Positions 1 to 9,802 of a stretch of DNA of 64,000 bases are shown here, piece by piece (within the stretch, counting starts at the first letter, position 1; every line of letters starts with the position of its first letter). The stretch is from Kiritimatiellota bacterium (lineage in GTDB: Bacteria; Verrucomicrobiota; Kiritimatiellia; JAAZAB01). Under the pieces are notes generated by a model. It ran no database searches and had not been told where the DNA came from. It saw only the letters and a list, made by a program, of their open reading frames with translations. A program made the position numbers and the translations under genes. Location of the stretch: positions 17,826-81,825 of the forward strand of contig JAPLSY010000087.1 of the NCBI GenBank assembly GCA_026398415.1, in the 5' to 3' direction.

Positions 1-1
1 A

Positions 2-700
2 TTGTTGTGGATCGCCACTTGGCTTTGGGACGGACTGCCGGATCAGTGGTGTGTGTTTCGCGACGGGATAAAGCTTGTTGCCGATCCCACAAATTCCGAG
101 TATCTGGACTACATCCGTCGGCAGGTTGCCGTACTGCTTGGATCTGATGGCTATGACGCGGACGGGTTCAAGATAGACCAACTGTCGTACAGTCCCAATG
201 AGCGGCATCCGTGCGGCGGATCCAGGTTCGGGGACACGCGGTTTTACGAACCGGGCACCCGCCCAATGCGTCTTGCCGGGGACGGCTGGGGGTGCGAATT
301 GCTGTACCGTTTACAAAAAACAATTTACAATGCCGCCAAAGCCGCCAAACCCGACGCGCTGGTCACCAGCAGTACTGTGCATCCCTATTTCCACGACACT
401 TTTGACATGGTCCGCCTGCACGATACCGGATTTGTGAAAAATGGCGACATTATGTCCGCCATGAAAGTGCGCGCGGACCTTGCCCATGCCACGTTGCCGG
501 CCAAGCCGATTGACACCGACAACTGGATAAGCGTTGATTACGCCGGATGGCTTAAATATACTTCCAACAGCCGGTGCATTGGAGTTCCCTGCATTTTTTT
601 CGCTGAGCGGTTCATGCTGAATTGGGCCGCAGAGCCTACTACGCAACTGATTCCAATGCAGGATCTCCAACGGATTGCCGAAAGCTGGCGGCGCTCGTAA
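2..700 (+). CDS. 5'-partial TIM-barrel glycoside hydrolase-like protein (GH27/31/36-like)
   Basis: ORF runs off the window edge. DGFKID and DMVRLHD motifs resemble the two catalytic Asp segments of alpha-galactosidase-like enzymes. Confidence 0.55.
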   Translation: MLWIATWLWDGLPDQWCVFRDGIKLVADPTNSEYLDYIRRQVAVLLGSDGYDADGFKIDQLSYSPNERHPCGGSRFGDTRFYEPGTRPMRLAGDGWGCELLYRLQKTIYNAAKAAKPDALVTSSTVHPYFHDTFDMVRLHDTGFVKNGDIMSAMKVRADLAHATLPAKPIDTDNWISVDYAGWLKYTSNSRCIGVPCIFFAERFMLNWAAEPTTQLIPMQDLQRIAESWRRS

Positions 701-726
701 TTGCCTTAAAAAACAAAGGGGGCGGC

Positions 727-3102
727 ATGATATCAATGCGGATTGAAAAGGTTATTACGTGTGTGGCGTTGGCGGCGGCGCTCGTCGGATGCGGTATGGT
801 AAAGCCACCTAAAACCATGGATAAGGCGACGGCATTACCCCCGGAAATCATTATAGACGTGGATTTTTACGATCACGTCATCTGGTCGCCGCGCGGGCTC
901 GGGGTGGAGTACTTCGGGCCGAAGGAAATAGACGATATCTTCAAAAACTGCAAGGCGTCCGGGGTTTCTGTTGTTTACTGGCGGGCGTATTGTCAGATAG
1001 CGAATTATCCCTCGAAACTCACCTACAATATCGCGGATATGGAAGTCATCCGCTCGTCGCCGGACGACCGCAGGTCGGAAGGCGCTTTTTCCGCACGTGT
1101 CGGGGTGAAGACGACCGTTTCCGGCGGCGGCATAGTTCAGGACGTAAACGCTGCCGGCAAAGGAAAATATGTTTTTTCCTGCGACCTAAGCGCAGACGCC
1201 CCCGGGGCCTTTCCGGCGATCATCAACCCGATTGACCGGAAAATAATTCTATCTGGACAACCCGTGATATCCGGGAAATCTTTTCAGAAAAGCGAGCTCA
1301 GGTTCGAGCATGACGGACCGTTCGCGGCCGCCGTCCTCTCGAAAGGGAGCGCCAACATCAGCGTATTCATCGCCGACAACCTTTCGCTGAAGGATTCTGC
1401 GGGAAAGGAGTTGCTCGAAAACGGCGGGATGGAGATTCCCGACATGCTCCAACCGGTGGCCTGGAAGCCGTTCAACGCCGCGTTTCTTGTCCTCAACGGC
1501 GATTACAGGGCCGCCGGCCCGGAAATAAAAAAGAAATATTTGCCGAACGCCAAGGCGTCATTCGATCAAAGTGACCGCCCATATGAGCGCAAACTTTTCA
1601 GGAAAACTATGGCTTCCTGCGACACGTTAGCGGAGGCCGTCAAGAGCGCCAGGAAGTACGGCATCAGGATTTACGCGTGGACGGATCCGATAGATGACGG
1701 CCGGATGACACTGCCACCGTCATCGGCATGGGCTTCGCGATTTCTTGAGGAACACCCGGAATACCGGCTGGTCAACAAGCAAGGCCGGACGCGCTGGGGT
1801 ATGCTCTGTTTCGGTTATCCCGAGGTCAGGCGATACAAGACGGAGGTCGTGAAGGAGCTGCTCAGCTACGGCGTCGATGGCGTGGCATTGAAAATGAGTT
1901 ACCAGCATAACAAGGTCTGGGATGGCAATGATTACGACTACAAGGATTTTCTTTATAACGACATCGCCCTTGAGGAGTATCGGCGGATAAAAGGCGAGCC
2001 CGCCGACGGTAAATACGACACCTTGTTGCTTCGGATGATCTACGGGGAATTCTTTATTCAGTGGCTGCGGGAATTGCGGCCGGTCATGGAGGCGTCGGGG
2101 AAAAGACTCTGTCTCTTCCAGGAACCGTCGAAATATCTCGATCAGGGCGCTTCGGCCTGGAAGATCGATCCCGTGAAAATCGTCAACGAGAAACTCATCG
2201 ACGACCTTCTGCTGGAACCCCGCTGGAACGAGCCGTACAAGGATCACTTCGCCATGCTCGACGCGGTCAATGGGTATTCCGAGGCCTGTCGCCGGAACGG
2301 CATCAAACTCGGCTATGACTTCTGGCTCAACAGCCTGTTTAACAACGCGAACACGAATGTCGTGGATAAAGACAAAGGGCCGTATATGAAGGCGCAGCTG
2401 CTGGCCATTGCCGAGGAGCCGGTGGATTTCGTCGGCATCTACGAGTGCATTCATCTTGACGGGCCGCGGAAACTCTGGCCCTATGTCAAGGAGTTTTCGG
2501 AGGCACTGAAGAGCCCGGCGTTCAAAAGGAAAAATGTCGGCGCCGGCATGCCGTTCGCTGACGCGATGAAGGGGAAGAAGAACATCGCCGCCTATGAGAA
2601 CGGCGCGAAGGCTTATGTCGCTTTCCTTGACGGCAGAAAGAAAGACGCGCTGGACCTGATCGACGGCGACATTTCCGACAGTTCCGCCTACATGGCTGAG
2701 GAAACGCCGTTCGACGTAGAAATAAAATTTCCGGCGCCGGTAATGGTCGACGCCCTGAGGATTTATACGGGCGTGGTCGGATACTCCGGCACTCCCAGCG
2801 GCGAGAGCGGCATGGCATCGTTCGCGGCGGAAGGTTTCGCGGACGGCAAATGGTTTCCGTTGTTCAAGCCGGTCGCGGACATTTCCAGGATCAATCCCGC
2901 AGAGAAGAACAGAGCCAAGAACATGGTCTGTTATAATCTGCTTTACAGGTTCCAACCGGTCGCGCTGGAGAAGGTCAGGATCCGGGTGACCGGGACCACT
3001 GACACCGGGCGCCGCATAAGATCTCCCGATAAACCGATCGTCGCAGAAAAGAATAGAGCCACGTTCATCCGGGAATTGGAGATTTTTAAGGCGGAACAAT
3101 AA
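727..3102 (+). CDS. Lipoprotein, GHL10-like glycoside hydrolase with inserted CBM-like and C-terminal discoidin-like domains
   Basis: Lipobox ALVGC; 'LEEHPEYRL', 'LCFGYPEVRRY', 'YGVDGV' motifs. Start moved to ATG 727 (736 also possible). Confidence 0.65.
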   Translation: MISMRIEKVITCVALAAALVGCGMVKPPKTMDKATALPPEIIIDVDFYDHVIWSPRGLGVEYFGPKEIDDIFKNCKASGVSVVYWRAYCQIANYPSKLTYNIADMEVIRSSPDDRRSEGAFSARVGVKTTVSGGGIVQDVNAAGKGKYVFSCDLSADAPGAFPAIINPIDRKIILSGQPVISGKSFQKSELRFEHDGPFAAAVLSKGSANISVFIADNLSLKDSAGKELLENGGMEIPDMLQPVAWKPFNAAFLVLNGDYRAAGPEIKKKYLPNAKASFDQSDRPYERKLFRKTMASCDTLAEAVKSARKYGIRIYAWTDPIDDGRMTLPPSSAWASRFLEEHPEYRLVNKQGRTRWGMLCFGYPEVRRYKTEVVKELLSYGVDGVALKMSYQHNKVWDGNDYDYKDFLYNDIALEEYRRIKGEPADGKYDTLLLRMIYGEFFIQWLRELRPVMEASGKRLCLFQEPSKYLDQGASAWKIDPVKIVNEKLIDDLLLEPRWNEPYKDHFAMLDAVNGYSEACRRNGIKLGYDFWLNSLFNNANTNVVDKDKGPYMKAQLLAIAEEPVDFVGIYECIHLDGPRKLWPYVKEFSEALKSPAFKRKNVGAGMPFADAMKGKKNIAAYENGAKAYVAFLDGRKKDALDLIDGDISDSSAYMAEETPFDVEIKFPAPVMVDALRIYTGVVGYSGTPSGESGMASFAAEGFADGKWFPLFKPVADISRINPAEKNRAKNMVCYNLLYRFQPVALEKVRIRVTGTTDTGRRIRSPDKPIVAEKNRATFIRELEIFKAEQ

Positions 3103-3265
3103 AAAACTTTTCCCGGAAGCGACGTGAGGCAGCAGGCGGGAACGAATTCAGCAAATATTGTTTTTTCTTGTTGCATCCGGAGTGGGGCAAACTACTGTCT
3201 ATCCGTAAGTGGCATCAGGAGATGCCTGAGCAGTTGCGAAAATAAAGCAAAATGAAGGAGCGAAC

Positions 3266-5185
3266 ATGCATGGAAAGATGGAAATAGCACGCGGTGGGCG
3301 GACTGATTATGCGATCATCACAAACACGAATGCCACCGCCGCCGAGCAATTCGCGGCACAGGAGCTGAGCGATTATCTGGCAAAGGTTACCGGCGCCCAT
3401 TTTAAGGTCATGTCCGAAACTAATCCGGCCCTGCCCGCGCGTGCGATCTATGTCGGCTGGACAGACTTTGCCAGCAAGCAGGGGATTGACGTTAAAAGTC
3501 TCGGGGCGGAAGAATGGATCATTAAAAGCTTCGGGGAAAATCTGGTCCTGACCGGCGGACGGCCACGCGGCACGCTTTATAGCGTCTACGAATTTTTGGA
3601 GCAGGAAATCGGATGCCATTGGCTGGATGAGTTTACGGAAATCGTGCCTTCAAAACCGGAACTCAAACTGAACAATCTTAATATCAAAGATCGGCCGCTG
3701 TTCTGGGACAGGCACTTAGGCACGGGGTTCGGATGGACATGCGTCGACGGGACATATTCTACCCGTATCGACGGAAAACTGATGTGCCTGTTTGATGCAC
3801 GTAATAAAGAAACTTCATACCATAAGGAAAATTTAGCCTATTCAGCCCCGTACGGATTAGTCGTCGAGCCAAGTATCGGATCGCCTTGCGCCTGTCATAC
3901 TTTTTATGCTTATTCCGAGGACTGGCAGACCAATCATCCGGAATATCTGGCAATGAACGATAAAGGCGAAAGGGTGCGCTCCACCAGTGGCGCCGGCCCC
4001 GGCCAGATTTGCCTTACTAATCCGGAAGCAAGGAAACTGATGCTGGCAAAACTGCGCCAATATATCGTCATGGATAAGGAGAAAGCATCAAAAAGAGGGG
4101 TTACGGCTCCGAAGATTTACTGTATTGAAACAAATGACAACGAACTGACCTGCCAGTGTCCAGGATGTCAAGCACTTATCGAACGGGAAGGCGCGAACGC
4201 CGGAGCGATGGTCGACCTCGCCAACTTCCTGGCCGACGGGATCAAAGACGAATTTCCGGATGTACTGGTTGATACTTTCGCCTATCTGCAGACCCTCACC
4301 CCGCCTAAAACGATCCGGCCGAGGGACAATGTCATCATCCGCATTGCCCAATTAAACGCCCGTCCTTTTCTGGATGGCAAATTCGGAAACAGGCTCGAAG
4401 AAAGGCCTGATTATTTTCGCCCCATGGCCCATCCGGTTAACCGCTCATGCTGCGAGACGTTTCTGGCCTGGTCAAAGATTGCCAAACATATAAGTTGCTG
4501 GGATTATTGGGTTCAATATGCGGACAAATTCAAAACACCGTATATCAATCTTGCCTGCATCAAGCCTGACCTGGAACTGTTTCTGGACAGCCACGTTGAA
4601 ACCATGTATGTGGAGTGTGAATACGCGGAAACATCAAGTTTCTTTGCCTTGAAACGCTGGCTGGGCCTGAAACTGATGCAGAATCCCCGTCAACCGGCCG
4701 AACCATTGATTGCAATCTTCATGTCCGGTTATTACGGGCCGGCTTCGTCAAAAATGAGCGCGTATTTGGCATATATGGAACAACGTATTAATGCTTTTCC
4801 CGAGACGGAGAAGCTTTCCGTGCTGGAAGAGCAAAATCGTCCTTACCTGGATCTGGATTTCTACGTAACCAGCAACAGGCTTTTAGACGAAGCGGAAGCC
4901 ATGTGCGGCACAAACAAGCAGGCATTGTTACACGTGCAGAGAGAGCGCATCACGGTTGATTCCGGTTTGCTGGGCATGTGGGCGCCATTGCAGGCTAAAC
5001 TTCCGGCCGGGAAGACAATGCCGTTCGACCACGAAGCCATTTTTAAGCGCTATGAAGCCCTGCGCCTGGCACAGATGGAGGCGGTTTACTCCAAAGACCA
5101 ACTGCCCAGGGGCAAAGCGGAGGTGGAAAAAGAGATCCGTGATTTTCGGGTAGGGTGTAAAACCTCTTATCAGATAACCGTATGA
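3266..5185 (+). CDS. DUF4838 domain protein (alpha-glucuronidase N-terminal-like domain plus putative GH barrel)
   Basis: 'AAQELSDYLAKVTG', 'GGRPRGTLYSVYEFLE..IGCHW', 'HPEYLA', 'QICLTNPE', 'FAYLQT..PP'; RBS AAGGAG. Confidence 0.75.
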   Translation: MHGKMEIARGGRTDYAIITNTNATAAEQFAAQELSDYLAKVTGAHFKVMSETNPALPARAIYVGWTDFASKQGIDVKSLGAEEWIIKSFGENLVLTGGRPRGTLYSVYEFLEQEIGCHWLDEFTEIVPSKPELKLNNLNIKDRPLFWDRHLGTGFGWTCVDGTYSTRIDGKLMCLFDARNKETSYHKENLAYSAPYGLVVEPSIGSPCACHTFYAYSEDWQTNHPEYLAMNDKGERVRSTSGAGPGQICLTNPEARKLMLAKLRQYIVMDKEKASKRGVTAPKIYCIETNDNELTCQCPGCQALIEREGANAGAMVDLANFLADGIKDEFPDVLVDTFAYLQTLTPPKTIRPRDNVIIRIAQLNARPFLDGKFGNRLEERPDYFRPMAHPVNRSCCETFLAWSKIAKHISCWDYWVQYADKFKTPYINLACIKPDLELFLDSHVETMYVECEYAETSSFFALKRWLGLKLMQNPRQPAEPLIAIFMSGYYGPASSKMSAYLAYMEQRINAFPETEKLSVLEEQNRPYLDLDFYVTSNRLLDEAEAMCGTNKQALLHVQRERITVDSGLLGMWAPLQAKLPAGKTMPFDHEAIFKRYEALRLAQMEAVYSKDQLPRGKAEVEKEIRDFRVGCKTSYQITV

Positions 5186-5198
5186 CGAGGTAAAGTTG

Positions 5199-7142
5199 CT
5201 ACCCGGAAAGCTTGTTGCCTGTCAGGCGTTGCCAAAATCGCCAAAATTTCCCGTCAGGTTTTTCGCATCTTTTAACCGTAATTTCCCTGGTCAGAATAGT
5301 TTTCCGTTCCAGGCCGTCGCTGCCCTTGTAGCGGAAATTGGAGTAAGCAATCAGGAACTTGTCGTCTCCAGTGGCCAGCAGCGAGGTGTAGCCGCAGGAA
5401 TCCGCCTGCCGGTCGCTGGATGTCAGGGGTACCAACTTGTAAGGTTCCGTCCAGGTCCAGCCGTTGTCCCCGGAAAAGCGCACTTCCACGCCGGGCCGCC
5501 CGTAGGCCAGGACCATGACGCCGTTTTTCAACGTCAGCATCATCGGTTTTACGCCGTAAGGGTTGAACACCTTCGGCTTGGACCAGGTTTTGCCCATATC
5601 CTGGGAACGGCTGACATACAACGGGCCTACCCCTACTCCGGTATCCGTCCGGATAAAACAAACCATGGTACCGTCTTCGGCAAACTCAAATCCCGGTTCA
5701 TCAAAACCGTCGCGCAGCATGGCCATAGCGTCCGCATCGGTATCAGGTATGTAGGGAATAGTGCCCTGCGTAATGGTGCCCGGCGTCCGCCATTTCCGAC
5801 CGTTATCGGTCGAACGCAGGAAGATAACCCGCCGAAACCGTTCCGAGCCGAGATGCTGACGGGGGAAATAGATATAATATCCCGTCTTGGCTAGCATAAT
5901 GGAATTGTCCGGCGCGACTTCCATGTTGAACCAGTCGCCGCCAAGCAGAGGGAACAAATCTTTATACGCCATCCTTACGCCAAGATACTCGTTGACTTCC
6001 GCAATCTCGGTCACCCATTTATCAGTGTCTTTGTAATAATGGCTAAAACGCATATTCGCCAGTTCCGGGGGCAGGTCCTTGGCCCGGTAAAGCGAAAGTT
6101 TCGACCCGTAGGTTTCGGTCCACTGCCCCACCGGTTCAGGGAGTTTAAGATCGGCAACCTTGAGCGAAGGCGGTACACTATGGCTTAAGCGGTCGCCGTT
6201 TGGCAACAGCAATCCTCCGCCGCTTGATTTGCCGGTGGGAAGCTTCCACGTATTTCCGTCAAGAACAAAATGGCTGGGATATGACGTTTGCCCGGTGCCG
6301 TAAGCGCTTACGCTGTCTTCGCAAATATTAAAGCCGATTGAGATTGCGGGTTGCGTGCGGCTAAGACTCGGGAACTGCCAGTACCCCCAGCGTTTTTCTC
6401 CAACCGGCGCCTGCGCGACCACCAGCGGTTCGGCAATGGTTATCTTGAGTTCTTCTGTTTTTCGGGGATCACTTGTGCTGGCGGCTTTTCGGCTTGCTTT
6501 GCCGGCTTGAGGGATGGTGGCCCAGCGCACATATTCCCACGATGCTTCGCCGAGGCCCGAGCTGCTGGCCGCTCCGAACCCCAGGGCATTGCGGCCTTCA
6601 TATTCCATGACTTCATTGTATTTGCCTTTGCCGTCCAGCTTCAGTTCGCCGTCGGCATACAGCTTGAAATCGTTATTCCTGATTACAACCCGGTACACGT
6701 GAAAATCATTCGTGGTATTCATCTGGCAGGTCAGGTTGCCGTACTGCGCACGGATCCTGTCCGGGTAAAACTCGAAAACCTCCGTGGATATGCCGTTGCA
6801 CACCACTATGCCGCAGAATCCCGACTGGAGCTTCATTTTGGCTTCCGCGATGGTTTCGTCCTCGGCCTGCACCGCCCAGGGATAAGAGAAGAAAAGATAC
6901 TGGCCTTTGTCCGTGCCCCGGTCGGCAATCGACAGGGCGCCGTCCTTTACTTCCGCGACACAGTTGGTGAGGCTTTCCAGGGGGATATCGTATTGCGTGG
7001 CCCAGGGCGTTTTGGGCATTTCGGTTCCCCGGTAGGTTACATTCCATTTCATTGCCTTTTCCTGGGCGTATAACCGCCCGACGGTCGCTACCAGAAAGCA
7101 ACAGCCCAAAATCAAAATCAGCCGCAATTTTCCAAAGTCCAT
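5199..7142 (-). CDS. Secreted sialidase-family (BNR/Asp-box) protein with N-terminal lectin-like domain
   Basis: Signal peptide; Asp-boxes STDNGRKW, SQDMGKTW, SGDNGWTW; EP, YGRP and GY motifs. Confidence 0.8.
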   Translation of the reverse strand: MDFGKLRLILILGCCFLVATVGRLYAQEKAMKWNVTYRGTEMPKTPWATQYDIPLESLTNCVAEVKDGALSIADRGTDKGQYLFFSYPWAVQAEDETIAEAKMKLQSGFCGIVVCNGISTEVFEFYPDRIRAQYGNLTCQMNTTNDFHVYRVVIRNNDFKLYADGELKLDGKGKYNEVMEYEGRNALGFGAASSSGLGEASWEYVRWATIPQAGKASRKAASTSDPRKTEELKITIAEPLVVAQAPVGEKRWGYWQFPSLSRTQPAISIGFNICEDSVSAYGTGQTSYPSHFVLDGNTWKLPTGKSSGGGLLLPNGDRLSHSVPPSLKVADLKLPEPVGQWTETYGSKLSLYRAKDLPPELANMRFSHYYKDTDKWVTEIAEVNEYLGVRMAYKDLFPLLGGDWFNMEVAPDNSIMLAKTGYYIYFPRQHLGSERFRRVIFLRSTDNGRKWRTPGTITQGTIPYIPDTDADAMAMLRDGFDEPGFEFAEDGTMVCFIRTDTGVGVGPLYVSRSQDMGKTWSKPKVFNPYGVKPMMLTLKNGVMVLAYGRPGVEVRFSGDNGWTWTEPYKLVPLTSSDRQADSCGYTSLLATGDDKFLIAYSNFRYKGSDGLERKTILTREITVKRCEKPDGKFWRFWQRLTGNKLSG

Positions 7143-7298
7143 TGGATTTCCTCCGTATCTTACAGGTATGTTAATTGCAAATCCCTGTCGTTTGATTATT
7201 GAATATGCTAAATTTTTATGTTTAATTCAAGTCCTATATTACGAACTCTTGGTGAGCAAAAGGAAATCCTGCCACAAAATCAGGAAGGAATAAGCACA

Positions 7299-9608
7299 AT
7301 GGAAATTAAACCATTGAATCGCGGAGGTGCAAGCGGACCAGGCCTTAACCAAAAACGGAAAGCATTGCGCAGAATATTCACGATTTACCTGGGGACTTTG
7401 GGCGGCCTGGCGCTGCTGATCGGCGGCTGCCAGAATCTGGGAGCTTCCGCCAAGGATAAGGCCGATGCCAAGGCTTTGATGACTTTGCGGGCGGAGCGCC
7501 GGGAAATGGCGCATCGGCCCCGTCGGTTGATCTTAAACAACGACGGGGACGATCAAATTTTTGCCAAGGCACCCACGCGGGAAGCGTTCTTGGAAGTGCG
7601 GACCACGCCCCTGGCCGATTCCCAGGTGGACACCATCATTTACTGCACCTCGCTGCCCTTCGGCCTGTTCGCCCACCGGTCGCAGGAAGGCGAGATCCTG
7701 ACCCTGCGGGAATTCCCCAACGGCAAAGGGGGCATGTACCGGAGCATAGTGGCTGACTTCCTGGAGCAGGGGACCGATCCGTTGCAGGTGATGGTCGAGT
7801 GGTGCCGGGCACATGGCCGGGAAATCTTCTGGACCATGCGGATGAACGACGTCCATGACACCTATTACCCTTACTTACTCCCCAAGTTCAAACGCGAGCA
7901 TCCGCAATACCTGCTGGGCACTTCCAATAAACCTCCATGTCACGGCAACTGGACGGCCGTAGATTACGGCGAGCCGGAAGTCCGCGACCGGCTCGTGGGC
8001 TACCTGCGCGAGATCTGTCGGAACTACAATGTGGACGGCATCGAGATGGATTTCTTCCGGTCCCTGGTGTTTTTTCGCCCAGTCGCCGAGGGGGGCGAAG
8101 CGGGGGATGCCGAACGCGGCATGATGACCGACATGGTTCGCAAGGTGCGCCGGATGACCGAGGAGGAGGGACTGCGCCGGGGCCGCCCCATTCTGGTGTC
8201 GGCCCGTACACCCGATTCGATCGAATTCTGCCGGGCTATTGGACTGGACCTGGAACGCTGGATGCAGGAGGGGTTGCTGGATATCTGGGTGGTCGGCGGC
8301 GACTTTCGCCTGAACCCCTGGCCTGAAAACGTTGCGTTGGGCCACCGGCACGGTTTGACGATCTGGTGCGACCTGGATCCGGTCGTCCACAATGCCGCGG
8401 GTCGCTGGAACCGCAACGCGATCGAGAGCATGCGGGCCCGCGCGCTGGAAGCCTGGAGTGCCGGGGCCGACGGGGTATACTTTTTCAACTTCTACGATCA
8501 ACCGAAGGATCCAATGTGGCGGGAATTGGGCGATCCCCGGACCCTGGCAAAGGCCGACCAGGTGATCTTTGCCAACGTCATGGGTCGCACTGGGTTCATG
8601 TCGGCCGACGGAGCGTTGGCGGAGGGGCATCGGTTCGAGACTGTGAGCATGGTCCACCCGGATAACCCCATGCAATTGCGGTCGCATCAAACGCAGCGTG
8701 TCCTGGTGCCGGTGGGCGCCGATCCGCAGGCCTCCTCCAATGGGGCGGCCGACGTCGAGGCACGTTGTCACCTGTTGCTCAACGGCGTGAATGAGGCCGG
8801 CGAATTGCGGGTGAGCCTCAACGGCAAGGTTCTGGATGGAGGCGTCCTGGTGAAGGATTGGTGGGAGGCCCCTGTGCCGCCGGGCCTGCTGCGCGGTGGC
8901 ACCAACGCTTTTGACATTGTTTATACCCCGCCTTCGGATAAGGGCGTAGGCGCCGGCAAAAATACGAACGAGACTTGGAACGTGGTGTATCGCGGCGATC
9001 ATGTGATGCAGTACCCGCAACAGTTGCCCTGGCGCCGCTTGACCGACTGCAAGCAGTACGTCGAGGAGATTCGCAACGGGGCGCTTTACCTGGCCGACCT
9101 CACCGCGGGCGACGCGCAGATGATCAACCTGGCCTATCCCTGGATGGTCAGCCCGGGCGAACGGATCGTTGTGGAGGCACGGGTGAAAGTTTTGGCGTCG
9201 GACGATCCCACGGCCGTCTGTCTGCGGATGGCCGACGGGGCATCCGTGGAAATCCTGGCGTTGGAGAAGGACGGTGTCAGGTTGCTCCACGCGGGGTTGA
9301 AGCATGGTATGAATACAACGGACGCCTTTCACACGTACCGGGTCGAGATCCTCGGGAAGGATATCCGCGTATACGTGGATGGTGGCGTGGCGCTGGACGG
9401 GGCAGGGCGTTTCACGGCCCCCGTTACGGACAAAGGCAACGAGATGCCGTTGGGGTATGGACTGCGGTATTGGAACCGGTGCAGTTTGCTATGGGGATCG
9501 GCCAGCGGCCCGGGCCGGGGCGAGGCGCTCTGGGAGTTCGTCCGGTTCCGCCAATCGGGCGTGCTGTTGCACGACGTGGTCTTGACCCTGCATCATCGCG
9601 GAAAGTAA
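7299..9608 (+). CDS. Lipoprotein, GHL10-like glycoside hydrolase with C-terminal lectin-like domain
   Basis: Lipobox LIGGC; 'ILNNDG', 'RMNDVH', 'NYNVDGIEMDFFR', 'GADGVYFFN'. Start moved to ATG 7299 after AGGAAGGA. Confidence 0.7.
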   Translation: MEIKPLNRGGASGPGLNQKRKALRRIFTIYLGTLGGLALLIGGCQNLGASAKDKADAKALMTLRAERREMAHRPRRLILNNDGDDQIFAKAPTREAFLEVRTTPLADSQVDTIIYCTSLPFGLFAHRSQEGEILTLREFPNGKGGMYRSIVADFLEQGTDPLQVMVEWCRAHGREIFWTMRMNDVHDTYYPYLLPKFKREHPQYLLGTSNKPPCHGNWTAVDYGEPEVRDRLVGYLREICRNYNVDGIEMDFFRSLVFFRPVAEGGEAGDAERGMMTDMVRKVRRMTEEEGLRRGRPILVSARTPDSIEFCRAIGLDLERWMQEGLLDIWVVGGDFRLNPWPENVALGHRHGLTIWCDLDPVVHNAAGRWNRNAIESMRARALEAWSAGADGVYFFNFYDQPKDPMWRELGDPRTLAKADQVIFANVMGRTGFMSADGALAEGHRFETVSMVHPDNPMQLRSHQTQRVLVPVGADPQASSNGAADVEARCHLLLNGVNEAGELRVSLNGKVLDGGVLVKDWWEAPVPPGLLRGGTNAFDIVYTPPSDKGVGAGKNTNETWNVVYRGDHVMQYPQQLPWRRLTDCKQYVEEIRNGALYLADLTAGDAQMINLAYPWMVSPGERIVVEARVKVLASDDPTAVCLRMADGASVEILALEKDGVRLLHAGLKHGMNTTDAFHTYRVEILGKDIRVYVDGGVALDGAGRFTAPVTDKGNEMPLGYGLRYWNRCSLLWGSASGPGRGEALWEFVRFRQSGVLLHDVVLTLHHRGK

Positions 9609-9802
9609 TCGTAGATGCTGCAACATGGGGTTTCTGTATGTGTGCGGCATGCACAGGTGTCTTGATAATATCAATTGATTGGATTGGTTCAAGACAACGC
9701 AAAGAATAATTCAAGTCTTTACAATCTATCTGTAAATAACAATAATTTGTCTTCGCCGGGCTAATTTTTACGGCCACGGACTCCGGATAAAACCATGCCA
9801 AA

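Noticed and set aside
1720-3099. Long antisense ORFs (also 7875-9332, 23859-25166, 34297-35622, 62690-63937)
   Set aside because: They are shadows of well-supported genes on the opposite strand, as expected in GC-rich DNA.
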